Below, piece by piece: positions 10,501 to 18,100 of a stretch of DNA of 50,993 bases. The stretch comes from Candidatus Micrarchaeota archaeon (GTDB lineage: Archaea > Micrarchaeota > Micrarchaeia > Anstonellales > JAGGXE01), in the NCBI GenBank assembly GCA_021163225.1, contig JAGGXE010000001.1:1-50993 (forward strand), written 5' to 3'. The translations under genes were made by a program, and so were the position numbers. Each line of letters begins with the position of its first letter. Within the stretch, counting starts at the first letter, position 1. The notes under the pieces were generated by a model. It was not told the origin of the DNA. It did not search any database and worked only from the letters and a program-made list of their open reading frames with translations.

Positions 10501-10612
10501 ATTCAAGAGGGCGGTTAACGCATCATCGATAACAATGACTGATAAAACTCAGGAGAAATCCTGGAAAATCGAAGGAGAACAACTGAGTGTATCTATCAAA
10601 AGAAAAAAGTGA
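7577..10612 (+). CDS. ileS: Isoleucyl-tRNA synthetase
   Basis: GPPYATGDPHPGTVWNHVIKD, AGFDTHGLPIE and TMSKSLGN over 1011 aa. GGAGG sits at 7573-7577, so the in-frame GTG at 7586 is an alternative start. Confidence 0.92.
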   Translation: MFDVLNHKEIEENILKFWREKRIREKLNEKHKDKPFYFCEGPPYATGDPHPGTVWNHVIKDMYLRYIRMKGYYVHDRAGFDTHGLPIEVKVEKEEGVTSKGDIEEKIGVKTFIDKCKRFATRYIKSMSEKFERFGVWLDFENHYATYRNSYMEQVWQNIKRADDKGLLYEGNYVVPYCPRCQTTLANYELEYFEKEDPSIFVKFKLKDKPNEYLVIWTTTPWTLISNLAVMVHPSATYVRVKVDDEVWIVAKDRLDYVLEKTGKSGVIIDEMSGKRLDGLRYEHPLQEFIGKTYDRHVVLSDEYVTMEEGSGLVHCAPGHGPEDYEIGKRYDLEIYSPVTKEGTFDETAGKYAGLEVLKTNDIVIEDLEKKGALLFAETIKHRYMRCWRCKTPLIYINMKQWFIKVGDIKDKMLENIANTVWVPDYLRKRMSDFVGETSNWCISRQRYWGIPLPIWRCERCGAVKVVGSFKELPKKLDDYHRPYIDEVTLKCDSCGGEMRRVPDVLDVWVDSGNAVWASLTDDERKRYEVADFIVEGRDQVRGWFYSLLAFGTIHYDRAPYKTVMQHGMFLAEDGNTMSKSLGNFVPVEKIIEQYGADAFRLWVMKNVPWEDVKFSWNELKEAKASLNILANIGTFIDRFVDERIDYSDEDLLIEDRWIISKFNSTLKKATEAMDQYNFHIATRVLKEFAEEMLSRRYIKLVKSRIKADKKKEVALSVLFDVYFDFLKAFGIVAPFLSEHIYQTVYKKRLNGEESIFMYDWPEYDTLKIDPSVERMFDVADQVVSTVNTLRQKAGIKLRWPVEEIIFVPFDSFSEEAVMKFSDVIRDMANIKDVRIESKVDSQVKVTLDEEKIKELYKDLADDIFKEVYNVDPIELQKTVGLGKLFKGTGYELKPELVVVEESYPGYEVGLCDYGKVYLKSTLSEELFEEGMLREVIRRIQMMRKENRLVESDTIDVVINASDKLANIIEKHTDEFKRAVNASSITMTDKTQEKSWKIEGEQLSVSIKRKK

Positions 10613-10646
10613 GACTTGAATCAACAAAAGTCTTTAGTTTTTCTTT

Positions 10647-10841
10647 TCAATCTCTCTTATATGCCTTTCTTTTCTGTGTGTCTGTCCAGCAATCTTTACA
10701 TATCACTCTTCGTCCGTCTTTAGTTTTTCTGCTCGATTTTACGCATGAGTGACAGATCAATCTACCGCAGTAATCGCATCTTTCCACTTTGTAAACCTGT
10801 TCTCCGCACCGTTCACAGGTCAGTATACCCATGGCTATCAC
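10647..10841 (-). CDS. Small zinc-ribbon protein (four CxxC pairs)
   Basis: 64-aa ORF with CERCG..CDYCG..CHSC..CKDC and a basic tail. Function unknown. Confidence 0.5.
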   Translation of the reverse strand: MIAMGILTCERCGEQVYKVERCDYCGRLICHSCVKSSRKTKDGRRVICKDCWTDTQKRKAYKRD

Positions 10842-10996
10842 CTGACAAAGTTTTTAATGAGTGTTAAAATTTTGATACGCAAACATATTAATAAATGTTT
10901 TGGATTCCCTTTGAGATTTTTGAGAATGCGGCGGATACGGCATTTCGGGTTTATTACAAGAAAATTTTTATTTGTTTGCTGACCTTTTTGAATGCG

Positions 10997-11671
10997 ATGA
11001 TAGAGGAGATATTTCCCAATGTGTTCAAGGTCAAAGGTAAACTCGCAACAAAAAATCTTATTACAGACCATCCGGTTTACGGAGAACGCATCGTTAAACT
11101 CAACGGTTGCGAATATAGGTTGTGGAATCCGTATCGTAGCAAACTGGCTGCAGCCATACTCTCAGGTCTTACTCATATGGTAATAGAACCGGGTGCTACC
11201 GTGCTTTATCTCGGTGCTGCTACCGGGACAACATGTTCTCACGTGTCCGATATCGTAGGCAGGGAGGGTACTGTTTATTGCGTTGAGTTCTCACCAGAAT
11301 CCATGCAGAAACTCGTTGAAGTGTGCAGGTGGAGAGATAATATGGTGCCGATATTCGCAGATGCGCGAAACCCGGACGAATATTTTGAGTACGTCGACCC
11401 TGAAGAGTTGGTGAATGTAGACGTCATCTATGAAGATGTTGCCCAACCTGATCAGATAGATATCCTTGTGCGTAACTCTGAAAGGTTTCTAAAAAGAAAC
11501 GGATACGTGATGTTGGCGGTCAAATCACAGAGCATAGACGTGTCCAAACCTGTGAAAGTTGTTTTTGAAGAGGTGATCAACGAGTTTTCAAAGAACTTCC
11601 AACTTATAGAACAGATAGATATACACAGGTTTGAAAAGGATCATATCTTTTTGGTCGGTCAGAAACTCTAG
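10997..11671 (+). CDS. flpA: Fibrillarin (C/D box sRNP 2'-O-methyltransferase)
   Basis: VYGERIV..YRLWNPYRSKLAAAIL..GATVLYLGAATGTTCSHVSDIVG..VYCVEFSP are fibrillarin and SAM-binding motifs. The start is moved from the track's 10895 to MIEEIFPNVF (ATG at 10997). Confidence 0.92.
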   Translation: MIEEIFPNVFKVKGKLATKNLITDHPVYGERIVKLNGCEYRLWNPYRSKLAAAILSGLTHMVIEPGATVLYLGAATGTTCSHVSDIVGREGTVYCVEFSPESMQKLVEVCRWRDNMVPIFADARNPDEYFEYVDPEELVNVDVIYEDVAQPDQIDILVRNSERFLKRNGYVMLAVKSQSIDVSKPVKVVFEEVINEFSKNFQLIEQIDIHRFEKDHIFLVGQKL

Positions 11672-11686
11672 AGAGTGTAGAAAGTT

Positions 11687-11694
11687 TTTTAAAT
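11687..11694 (+). promoter_or_regulatory. TATA-box-like element upstream of 5S rRNA
   Basis: TTTTAAAT lies about 22-29 nt upstream of the inferred 5S 5' end. Confidence 0.4.
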
Positions 11695-11715
11695 CCTTCA
11701 TATCATGAAATATAC

Positions 11716-11831
11716 GTCAGCGGCCATAGGCGCAGGGAAACACCCGTACCCATCCCGAACACGGAAGTTAAGCCTGCGCACGGGGTTGCTTGTACTGCGG
11801 TCCCTCCGCGGGAAGGCGCCCTGCTGCTGAC
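11716..11831 (+). rRNA. rrf: 5S ribosomal RNA (orphan, not linked to 16S/23S in this window)
   Basis: GTCAGCGGCCATAGGCGCAGGGAAACACCCGTACCCATCCCGAACACGGAAGTTAAGCC... contains the conserved CCCGAAC..GAAGTTAAGC core. The terminal helix GTCAGC/GCTGAC closes the molecule, and an oligo-T tract follows at 11855-11863. Confidence 0.9.
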
Positions 11832-11917
11832 ACCTTTACCGCTTTTTAATCCGACTTTTTTTTGTGCTGCTCGTTTTACGATTGATTTTAAATAGTTTTC
11901 TATCTTTAACCATTACC

Positions 11918-12619
11918 ATGAACTCTACTAAATCCTCTAAAAAAAGAGATGTTCTTTTGAAGAAGATAAAGACCAGGGTTACGCAATCTTTGAGAAGAGA
12001 AGATAACATAATCATCGAAGAGGTGTCTACGGTCGAAACTATCGATAAAGTGTTAAACCTTTTGTACGAACGTCTAGAAGATTGGACTAAAATCTATTAT
12101 CCCGAGATACGGTACAAAAGTATGGAACAACTGGTTAACAAAGTTTCCAAAGAAACAGATAAACCGCTACCTGTTAAGTCTATACTTGACCTTGTATCTT
12201 CTCTGTACGAACATCGTAAACAACTCGTCGAAGACATCAGAAAACGCACCCGTAAACTGTGTCCCAACATGTCTTATCTTATCGGTGAGGAACTTACTGC
12301 AAAACTTCTGAGCGCTGCCGGTAGCCTTGAGCGTTTGGCAGATGCCCCTGCAAGTACTGTCCAGGTTTTGGGTGCTGAGAAGGCTTTTTTCAAGCACCTG
12401 CGGAAGGGCACGAAACCGCCTAAGCACGGATTATTGTTTCAGTATCCTGCAGTTAACCGGGCACCTAAACGTCTTAGAGGCAAGATTGCGCGTGCTATCG
12501 CGACGAAGTTAGCTATTGCTGCAAAGGCGGATGCCTTAACCAAAAACTTCATAGCCGACAAACTCAAGGAGAAGATGGATAGACAGATTGACCGTATCCT
12601 TAAGAACGTGAGAAGATGA
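11918..12619 (+). CDS. Nop5 (Nop56/58) C/D box sRNP protein, short form lacking the N-terminal fibrillarin-binding domain
   Basis: The NOSIC/Nop domain is recognisable (LEDWTKIYYPEI, AEKAFFKHLRKGTKPPKHGLLFQYP, KIARAIATKLAIAAKAD). The start is placed at MNSTKSS (ATG at 11918). Only 87 nt separate it from the 5S gene, which leaves no room for an N-terminal domain. Confidence 0.85.
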   Translation: MNSTKSSKKRDVLLKKIKTRVTQSLRREDNIIIEEVSTVETIDKVLNLLYERLEDWTKIYYPEIRYKSMEQLVNKVSKETDKPLPVKSILDLVSSLYEHRKQLVEDIRKRTRKLCPNMSYLIGEELTAKLLSAAGSLERLADAPASTVQVLGAEKAFFKHLRKGTKPPKHGLLFQYPAVNRAPKRLRGKIARAIATKLAIAAKADALTKNFIADKLKEKMDRQIDRILKNVRR

Positions 12620-13278
12620 AATTCGTAGCGTTCGGAGATGTCCACGGTGAAGAACTGTTTTTGAACCTTTTACAAAACTATCTTTCAACCAATACTGTCG
12701 ACGCTGTTTTTCTACTGGGGGACCTGGTAAACGGCGGCGGTTTATCGTTTGTCCGGGAATTGATAGATCTTCTTGTAGAAAGAACCTCTGTTTTCGGAAT
12801 AGTCGGAAACGTTGACCCGAAACCTGTTAGAGACATACTTAAGGATAGAGGTATATCGGTAGATAAACGGTTGGCGGAGTACAGAGGGTTGAGAATAACC
12901 GGTTTAGACGGGACATTGAAGACGCCTTATACTATGTTCAATGAACTTACCGAGTCCGAAATATACGAAACGTTGAAAAATATAGGGATAGATGAGAGGA
13001 CGATAATACTGACACACGGTCCGCCTTACGGTCTCTTTGACCTTACCTATTCGGGCAAGCATGTTGGCAGTAAATCTTTGCTGAAGATTATCAAAGAATA
13101 CCATCCTTTGTTAAGTCTGTCCGGTCACGTGCACGAACAGTACGGTTGGAAGACCGTCAACGGTACGACCGTTGTCAATGTGATTCCGGGTAATGCCTTT
13201 AACATTACTGAGATAGTCATATCCGACAACAACGGAAGATATCATGTCCAAGATGTGAAATTTGTTTCTCTAAAGTGA
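12616..13278 (+). CDS. Calcineurin-like metallophosphoesterase
   Basis: Motifs GDVHG, LLGDLVNGG, GNVD, THGPPYG and GHVHE. There is a 4-nt ATGA overlap with nop5. Confidence 0.8.
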   Translation: MKFVAFGDVHGEELFLNLLQNYLSTNTVDAVFLLGDLVNGGGLSFVRELIDLLVERTSVFGIVGNVDPKPVRDILKDRGISVDKRLAEYRGLRITGLDGTLKTPYTMFNELTESEIYETLKNIGIDERTIILTHGPPYGLFDLTYSGKHVGSKSLLKIIKEYHPLLSLSGHVHEQYGWKTVNGTTVVNVIPGNAFNITEIVISDNNGRYHVQDVKFVSLK

Positions 13279-13323
13279 CCTTCTTTACTCACCTTTTGCG
13301 CAGACCCGGTAGAAACAGAAGTA

Positions 13324-13331
13324 TTTAAATA
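13324..13331 (+). promoter_or_regulatory. TATA-box-like element upstream of tRNA-Pro
   Basis: TTTAAATA lies 27-34 nt upstream of the tRNA 5' end. Confidence 0.45.
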
Positions 13332-13357
13332 CATTTTTATGGATTACTTCAGTTGGT

Positions 13358-13469
13358 GGGGGAGTAGGCTAACCTGGCAGGCTGCCAGCTTTGGGAGCTG
13401 GTGATCCGAGATCCGGCAACCTACGTGTCCACGGTTTGTCGGACGGGAATTCAAATCTCGGCTCCCCCA
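13358..13469 (+). tRNA. tRNA-Pro (anticodon UGG at 13392-13394) with a 39-nt intron (13411-13449) in the T-arm, position 53/54
   Basis: Hand fold:
- Acceptor: GGGGGAG/CTCCCCC plus discriminator A.
- D arm: GGCT-AACCTGGCA-GGCT.
- Anticodon arm: CCAGC-TTTGGGA-GCTGG.
- T arm: CCGAG-[39 nt]-TTCAAAT-CTCGG. Removing 13411-13449 gives a canonical 73-nt tRNA.
- Full BHB around the junctions; see findings. Confidence 0.85.
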
Positions 13470-13471
13470 TC

Positions 13472-13909
13472 TCACATGAATTCTGTGAGAGGCGGATTTC
13501 TCTTCAGGTGTTCGTGTGCCTTCTCAAGGACCTGTTTTGAACTATCAAACGTCAACTGTTTCAACGCCTTTTCGTAGGTGAGCCATGCGTATCCGATATG
13601 TTCAAACGAAAGCTTTACCTCTTTGGTTTTAGTTTGACCTAAGAAGAAGACCACTTCCTTGTACACTGTTTTACCTTCCTTTCTGAAGAAATAGTGGATC
13701 TTTTCTCGGAATTCCAGATCAAAAACAACGTCTGTGATACCTGTTTCTTCCCAGATCTCTCTTCTCAGTGCCTCCATGTCCGACTCGCCCTTCTCCGGAT
13801 GACCTTTTGGAAAGTCCCAATGTCCGGCACCGTAATGTAAGAGCAGGTAATAAGGTTGTGACGCTTCCAACCGGTAGATAACCGCTCCCACAGACCTCTC
13901 TTTGACCAT
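13472..13909 (-). CDS. Nudix hydrolase
   Basis: Nudix box GHWDFPKGHPEKGESDMEALRREIWEETGI in a 145-aa protein. Confidence 0.85.
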   Translation of the reverse strand: MVKERSVGAVIYRLEASQPYYLLLHYGAGHWDFPKGHPEKGESDMEALRREIWEETGITDVVFDLEFREKIHYFFRKEGKTVYKEVVFFLGQTKTKEVKLSFEHIGYAWLTYEKALKQLTFDSSKQVLEKAHEHLKRNPPLTEFM

Positions 13910-13915
13910 GATGAA

Positions 13916-14896
13916 TCACTTCTTCATACCTATCAACCGTAATTGGGCAAGTAACGCCTCCAACTGTATCCTTTCGTTGGCGCCTTCGACCAATCTGAAA
14001 TCGTATTCACCTATCTTATCAACGAGTTCGACCTTTGTCTTTTCTGGTAGATTCACGTTCTCTATCTCTCTGTACATCTGTAGAAGTATATCTTCTCCGC
14101 TCATAGAGTAATCCCTCATGAGTTTGTTCAAGTACTCCTTTGCTTTGGTAAAGCTTCCGTTAACGGCCTCTTCCAGGAGGTTCCGTACCTCTGTGGGATG
14201 CGCTCTGCTGCTGAGTTTGAATATTGCTTCTGCGGTGATGTGAGAAGATAACATTGCCGCTCCTTGCAAAGCATTAATCGCCTTTCTCATATCCCCTTCG
14301 GAGATGTATATAATGGCTTCCAATGCCTTTTTGTCCACCTTTAATTTTTCGCTTTTTATTATTCTGTTAAGCATCTTTTTGATATCGTCTTCGCTCAGGT
14401 ACGAAAACCTGAAGACGGCACATCTGCTCTGTATAGGTTGTATTATCTTTGACGAGTAGTTGCATGAGAGTATAAACCGCGTTATGTTCGAATACAACTC
14501 CATCGTACGCCTTAATGCATGCTGCGCGTCAGCGGTTAATGAATCGGCTTCGTCCAGGAACACTATTTTGAACGGCACTTCTGACAATGCAACAGTCCTT
14601 GCAAAATCCTTAATCTTTCCTCTCACAATATCTATCCCTCTCTCATCGCTTGCATTCAATTCAAGGAGACTGCTCTTAAAATCCTCGCCGAAGAGTTCCC
14701 TTGCGAGTGCCAATGTAGCGGTTGTCTTTCCAACGCCGGGCGGACCTGCAAACAGTAGGTGCGGCATGTTCTTCTTCTTAACGAACGCCTTAAGACTGGC
14801 TACAATCTCATCTTGCCCTATAATTTCATCCAGCGTCTTCGGTCTGTACTTTTCGACCCATGGAAGAAGCAAATCTTCATTACTGCCCATAATCAT
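13916..14896 (-). CDS. rfcS: Replication factor C small subunit
   Basis: PWVEKYRPKTLDEIIGQ, GPPGVGKTT, FLDEADSLT and QSRCAVFRF (SRC motif). The start is placed at MIMGSNEDLL rather than the track's 14971. Confidence 0.93.
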   Translation of the reverse strand: MIMGSNEDLLLPWVEKYRPKTLDEIIGQDEIVASLKAFVKKKNMPHLLFAGPPGVGKTTATLALARELFGEDFKSSLLELNASDERGIDIVRGKIKDFARTVALSEVPFKIVFLDEADSLTADAQHALRRTMELYSNITRFILSCNYSSKIIQPIQSRCAVFRFSYLSEDDIKKMLNRIIKSEKLKVDKKALEAIIYISEGDMRKAINALQGAAMLSSHITAEAIFKLSSRAHPTEVRNLLEEAVNGSFTKAKEYLNKLMRDYSMSGEDILLQMYREIENVNLPEKTKVELVDKIGEYDFRLVEGANERIQLEALLAQLRLIGMKK

Positions 14897-15034
14897 CACC
14901 TTCGAACGAAAGAGACAATTAATCCTTTGCGCATAATCTTTATAAAGATATTCAACCGTTTGACAGGACACGACAAACTACGGATAATAAACGTAATCGT
15001 AACAGATGTATTTTAAAAGTATGATACTTAAATA

Positions 15035-16927
15035 GTGAATTGTTCATCTTGTTCCCGGATGCGGAAGGGGGTTGCACTTATGGGAGGAGATTCGACAACA
15101 CGGGCGGTTAATCTTACCAGGTTTCTCATATCCGTTCCCAGCAGTAAAAAGACCCTTCTTATGCTGTTTCTCATCAGCACGGTCCTTGGCATATTCATAG
15201 CGTTCATTCATTCTCAGAGATCCCTGTTCTCCTGCCTGTTGTTAGGGAGCGCCACCGGGATATTCTTGTTAGGGATACCGGCAATGTTGTCATCAGTAAC
15301 CTGTTACGCGATCAACAGGAATTTCAAGTTCAGGAGGATACTATTCCTCTCATTTGTTACAATGCTGATATACGGTCTGGGCTATATCGTTTATTTTACG
15401 TTGATGGAACTATCATTTCCGTATGCAGACCTTGTTGTGTACCTCCTTTACGGAACAGTGTTTGCATTGTGGTTTATCTCATTGTTAAGTGTTTTCGGTA
15501 GGTCGTATACCGCCTTAGTATTCTCTCTTATCCAGATGACTTACTTCAGTCTCTTTTTGATAGGGAACAATTACATCGACCTTATGGGCACCTCTTCAGA
15601 CATTCTTTTTACACAGGTCTTCAAACTTTACCTTGCATCTTGTATATTCTTTGTAAGCAGTTACCTGTTCTTACAGTTCATCAACGCCCCCATGAAACAG
15701 ATGTTCGGAATAAAAAGCACCGAAGCGTTCAACCTGTTTATGGAGCATTGGATGGGCGAATCCGACAGACTGGAAGAACTGTTTGATAGGATAGGTGAAT
15801 CTGTAAAAACATGGGTAGGTGCGGTACGGTTCTTCAGAAGTTCCGGAGAACCGATAAATATCGTTGTTCCTTATATCCATTTCGGACCGTTCGGATCTCT
15901 GGGCGGTAGCAGGTATTCTGCGGAACTGGCAGAACTGCTTACAAAAGAAGGTTTTGGCCGAACTGTCGTGTTGCACAGCACAACCACGCACGATTTCAAC
16001 CCTGTATCGCGGGATGAATTAAAAGTTATTACTGAAACAACAAAATCTCTGTTATCCAAGATGGAACCTGATAGTGAGGGACTGTCCGTCGAAGTTGTTA
16101 AGTCCGGTAGTGCGACGCTCCATGTGATCGATGACGGTAGGAGTGCAATATTCGGTATAACACGTGCACCCGACACAACGGAAGATGCGGATTTCGGGTT
16201 TGGCGAATCGTTGATGAATCTCATGGAACGGTTCAGAGATCAAGCCATAGTGTTTGATGAACATAATTGCGATACGGGTAAAGTCCTTTCCTACACCGTC
16301 GGTCATCGGTACTATTGGGATTGTAGGTCGGCTCTTGAAAGATACGCTTCTTTAATAGAGGAGAACCGGGTGATCAAAACCAGGTTTAAGGTGGGGTTCG
16401 GGCATACGAATGTGAAGGGGCATAACATAGGTAGTGCAGGTATCAAAACGCTGGTTTTCGAACTTATGGACGGCGCAGGTCGGAAGAAAGGAGCGAAACG
16501 CAGTAAACGAAAACTTAAAAAGGTCGCTTTTATAGTCATCGATGCAAACGGGATCACTCCCGGTTTCAGAAGGACCGTGATAGAAAGAGTGAAGGAGAGG
16601 TTCGGGTTCGATTTAGTCGAACTGATCTCTACAGATACCCATGAAGTCAATGCTGTCCGGGGTGTGGTTAACCCGATAACAGAATCCCAATTAGACATTT
16701 TATACCCTGCTATCGAAACGTCTTTGAACGATGCTTTGCGCGACATGCTTCCGGCCAGTGTAGGTATGGACAAGGCGAGGGTAGATGTCAAGGTCTTGGG
16801 AACCAAACACGCCATAGAAATCGTGTCAACTGTAAATGCCATAGTAGCAGTGGCCAAGGTAGCGTTACCTTTTATACTCCTGTGGACAGTTATGTTGATA
16901 TTCTGGGCGTTTTCGTCATTCAGATGA
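15035..16927 (+). CDS. Polytopic membrane protein, DUF2070-like
   Basis: 630-aa ORF. The N-terminal roughly 230 aa hold multiple hydrophobic helices. A soluble domain with VVPYIHFGPFGSLGGS follows, then a C-terminal TM. The family assignment is from memory of archaeal DUF2070 architecture. Confidence 0.5.
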   Translation: MNCSSCSRMRKGVALMGGDSTTRAVNLTRFLISVPSSKKTLLMLFLISTVLGIFIAFIHSQRSLFSCLLLGSATGIFLLGIPAMLSSVTCYAINRNFKFRRILFLSFVTMLIYGLGYIVYFTLMELSFPYADLVVYLLYGTVFALWFISLLSVFGRSYTALVFSLIQMTYFSLFLIGNNYIDLMGTSSDILFTQVFKLYLASCIFFVSSYLFLQFINAPMKQMFGIKSTEAFNLFMEHWMGESDRLEELFDRIGESVKTWVGAVRFFRSSGEPINIVVPYIHFGPFGSLGGSRYSAELAELLTKEGFGRTVVLHSTTTHDFNPVSRDELKVITETTKSLLSKMEPDSEGLSVEVVKSGSATLHVIDDGRSAIFGITRAPDTTEDADFGFGESLMNLMERFRDQAIVFDEHNCDTGKVLSYTVGHRYYWDCRSALERYASLIEENRVIKTRFKVGFGHTNVKGHNIGSAGIKTLVFELMDGAGRKKGAKRSKRKLKKVAFIVIDANGITPGFRRTVIERVKERFGFDLVELISTDTHEVNAVRGVVNPITESQLDILYPAIETSLNDALRDMLPASVGMDKARVDVKVLGTKHAIEIVSTVNAIVAVAKVALPFILLWTVMLIFWAFSSFR

Positions 16928-16942
16928 TCGGGTGACTGGAAA

Positions 16943-18088
16943 ATGCGTATAGCATTCTTTACAGATACGTACCATCCGAACGTTGATGGCGTGGTTATGA
17001 TGATGGACGCGCTCCGCGCGTCCATCGAACGGTTGGGCCACGAAGTGTTCATCTTTGCCCCGGGTACCGGTGAAGATATCAGAAAGAATACCGATGACCA
17101 TGTTTATTATTTCAAAGGGGTCAAGTTCCCGCCGTATCCTTCGTACAAATTGGCTCTCTGGCCGTTTTCCTCTTTGGCTATGGTCAAACAGTTAAATATA
17201 GATGTCATCCATTCTCACGGAGTTGCTACAACCAGTTTGGCTGCCTTGTTAGCAGGGAAGTTGTACGATATTCCCACAGTAGCCACCTATCATACAAAGG
17301 TTACTGATGCTGTACATTACGTTACCGGAGATCCGTGCATAGAACAGTTCCTCCGTAGAGCGATATGGGCATATCTTGAACGCATGTATTCACAGTACGA
17401 CCTTGTTACATGTCCCAGCAAATACATCCAGAGATTACTCAAAGCACACGGGATCGAATCGGTCGTGATACCGAACGGGATAGACATCTCACGTTTCAGA
17501 CCTACTACTGTCGACAAGAGAATATTCGGTTTGGATGATGAGAGTAAGGTCATTCTTCATGTCGGTCGCATTGTTAAAGAGAAGAATCTCGACATCATTA
17601 TCAGATCTTTACCTCTCATTCCCTCCGAATACTCTCTGGTAATCATAGGTCACGGACCGGCCGAATCTTATTATCGAAAACTGACTGAGAAATACCGTGT
17701 GAGTGACAGGGTTAAGTTTTTGGGATTCGTCCCGAACAACGAACTCCCTGCATACTATTCATCGGCCGATGTCTTCGTGTTTGCATCGAGGTTCGATACA
17801 CAAGGTTTGGTAGCTCTGGAGGCATTGGCTTGCGGTACACCTATCGCCGGGTTGAAAGGTATAGCGATAGAGGAGATAGTTCGACCAGGGCTTACCGGTT
17901 ACCTATTCGATGAGGACCCCCTTTCCGTTCGTAAAGCGATCGTATCTGCTGCGGAGTTGAAACGTCGTCACACCAGTGAACAAATCCGTTACACCGCGCT
18001 TGCTTACTCCAGAGAACGCATGACTGAAAGTTTTCTTTACATATACCGACAACTCATTGAGAAGAAAAAGAGATCCACAAAACGATAA
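16943..18088 (+). CDS. Glycosyltransferase, GT4/GT1-type (group 1)
   Basis: MRIAFFTDTYHPNVDGVV at the N-terminus, and a C-terminal region SADVFVFASRFDTQGLVALEALACGTPIAG typical of GT-B group 1 enzymes. Confidence 0.85.
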   Translation: MRIAFFTDTYHPNVDGVVMMMDALRASIERLGHEVFIFAPGTGEDIRKNTDDHVYYFKGVKFPPYPSYKLALWPFSSLAMVKQLNIDVIHSHGVATTSLAALLAGKLYDIPTVATYHTKVTDAVHYVTGDPCIEQFLRRAIWAYLERMYSQYDLVTCPSKYIQRLLKAHGIESVVIPNGIDISRFRPTTVDKRIFGLDDESKVILHVGRIVKEKNLDIIIRSLPLIPSEYSLVIIGHGPAESYYRKLTEKYRVSDRVKFLGFVPNNELPAYYSSADVFVFASRFDTQGLVALEALACGTPIAGLKGIAIEEIVRPGLTGYLFDEDPLSVRKAIVSAAELKRRHTSEQIRYTALAYSRERMTESFLYIYRQLIEKKKRSTKR

Positions 18089-18100
18089 CGATAGGTCGCA

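Noticed and set aside
13402-13460. An alternative fold of tRNA-Pro with a roughly 42-nt variable arm and T-arm CGGGA-ATTCAAA-TCTCG.
   Set aside because: It needs an extra unpaired G before the acceptor strand, a non-canonical T-loop, and a class II-type arm on a Pro tRNA. The intron model gives a perfect canonical T-arm and a full BHB.
16312-17052. A 246-aa ORF on the minus strand overlapping the DUF2070-like and glycosyltransferase genes. Similar long antisense ORFs occur at 4412-4987, 6200-6733, 7829-8467, 14460-14936, 36194-36610, 36830-37300 and 48824-49309.
   Set aside because: Each lies entirely antisense to a gene with strong family motifs. Their compositions are low-complexity and Ser/Leu/Pro-rich, typical of shadow ORFs, with no recognisable motifs.
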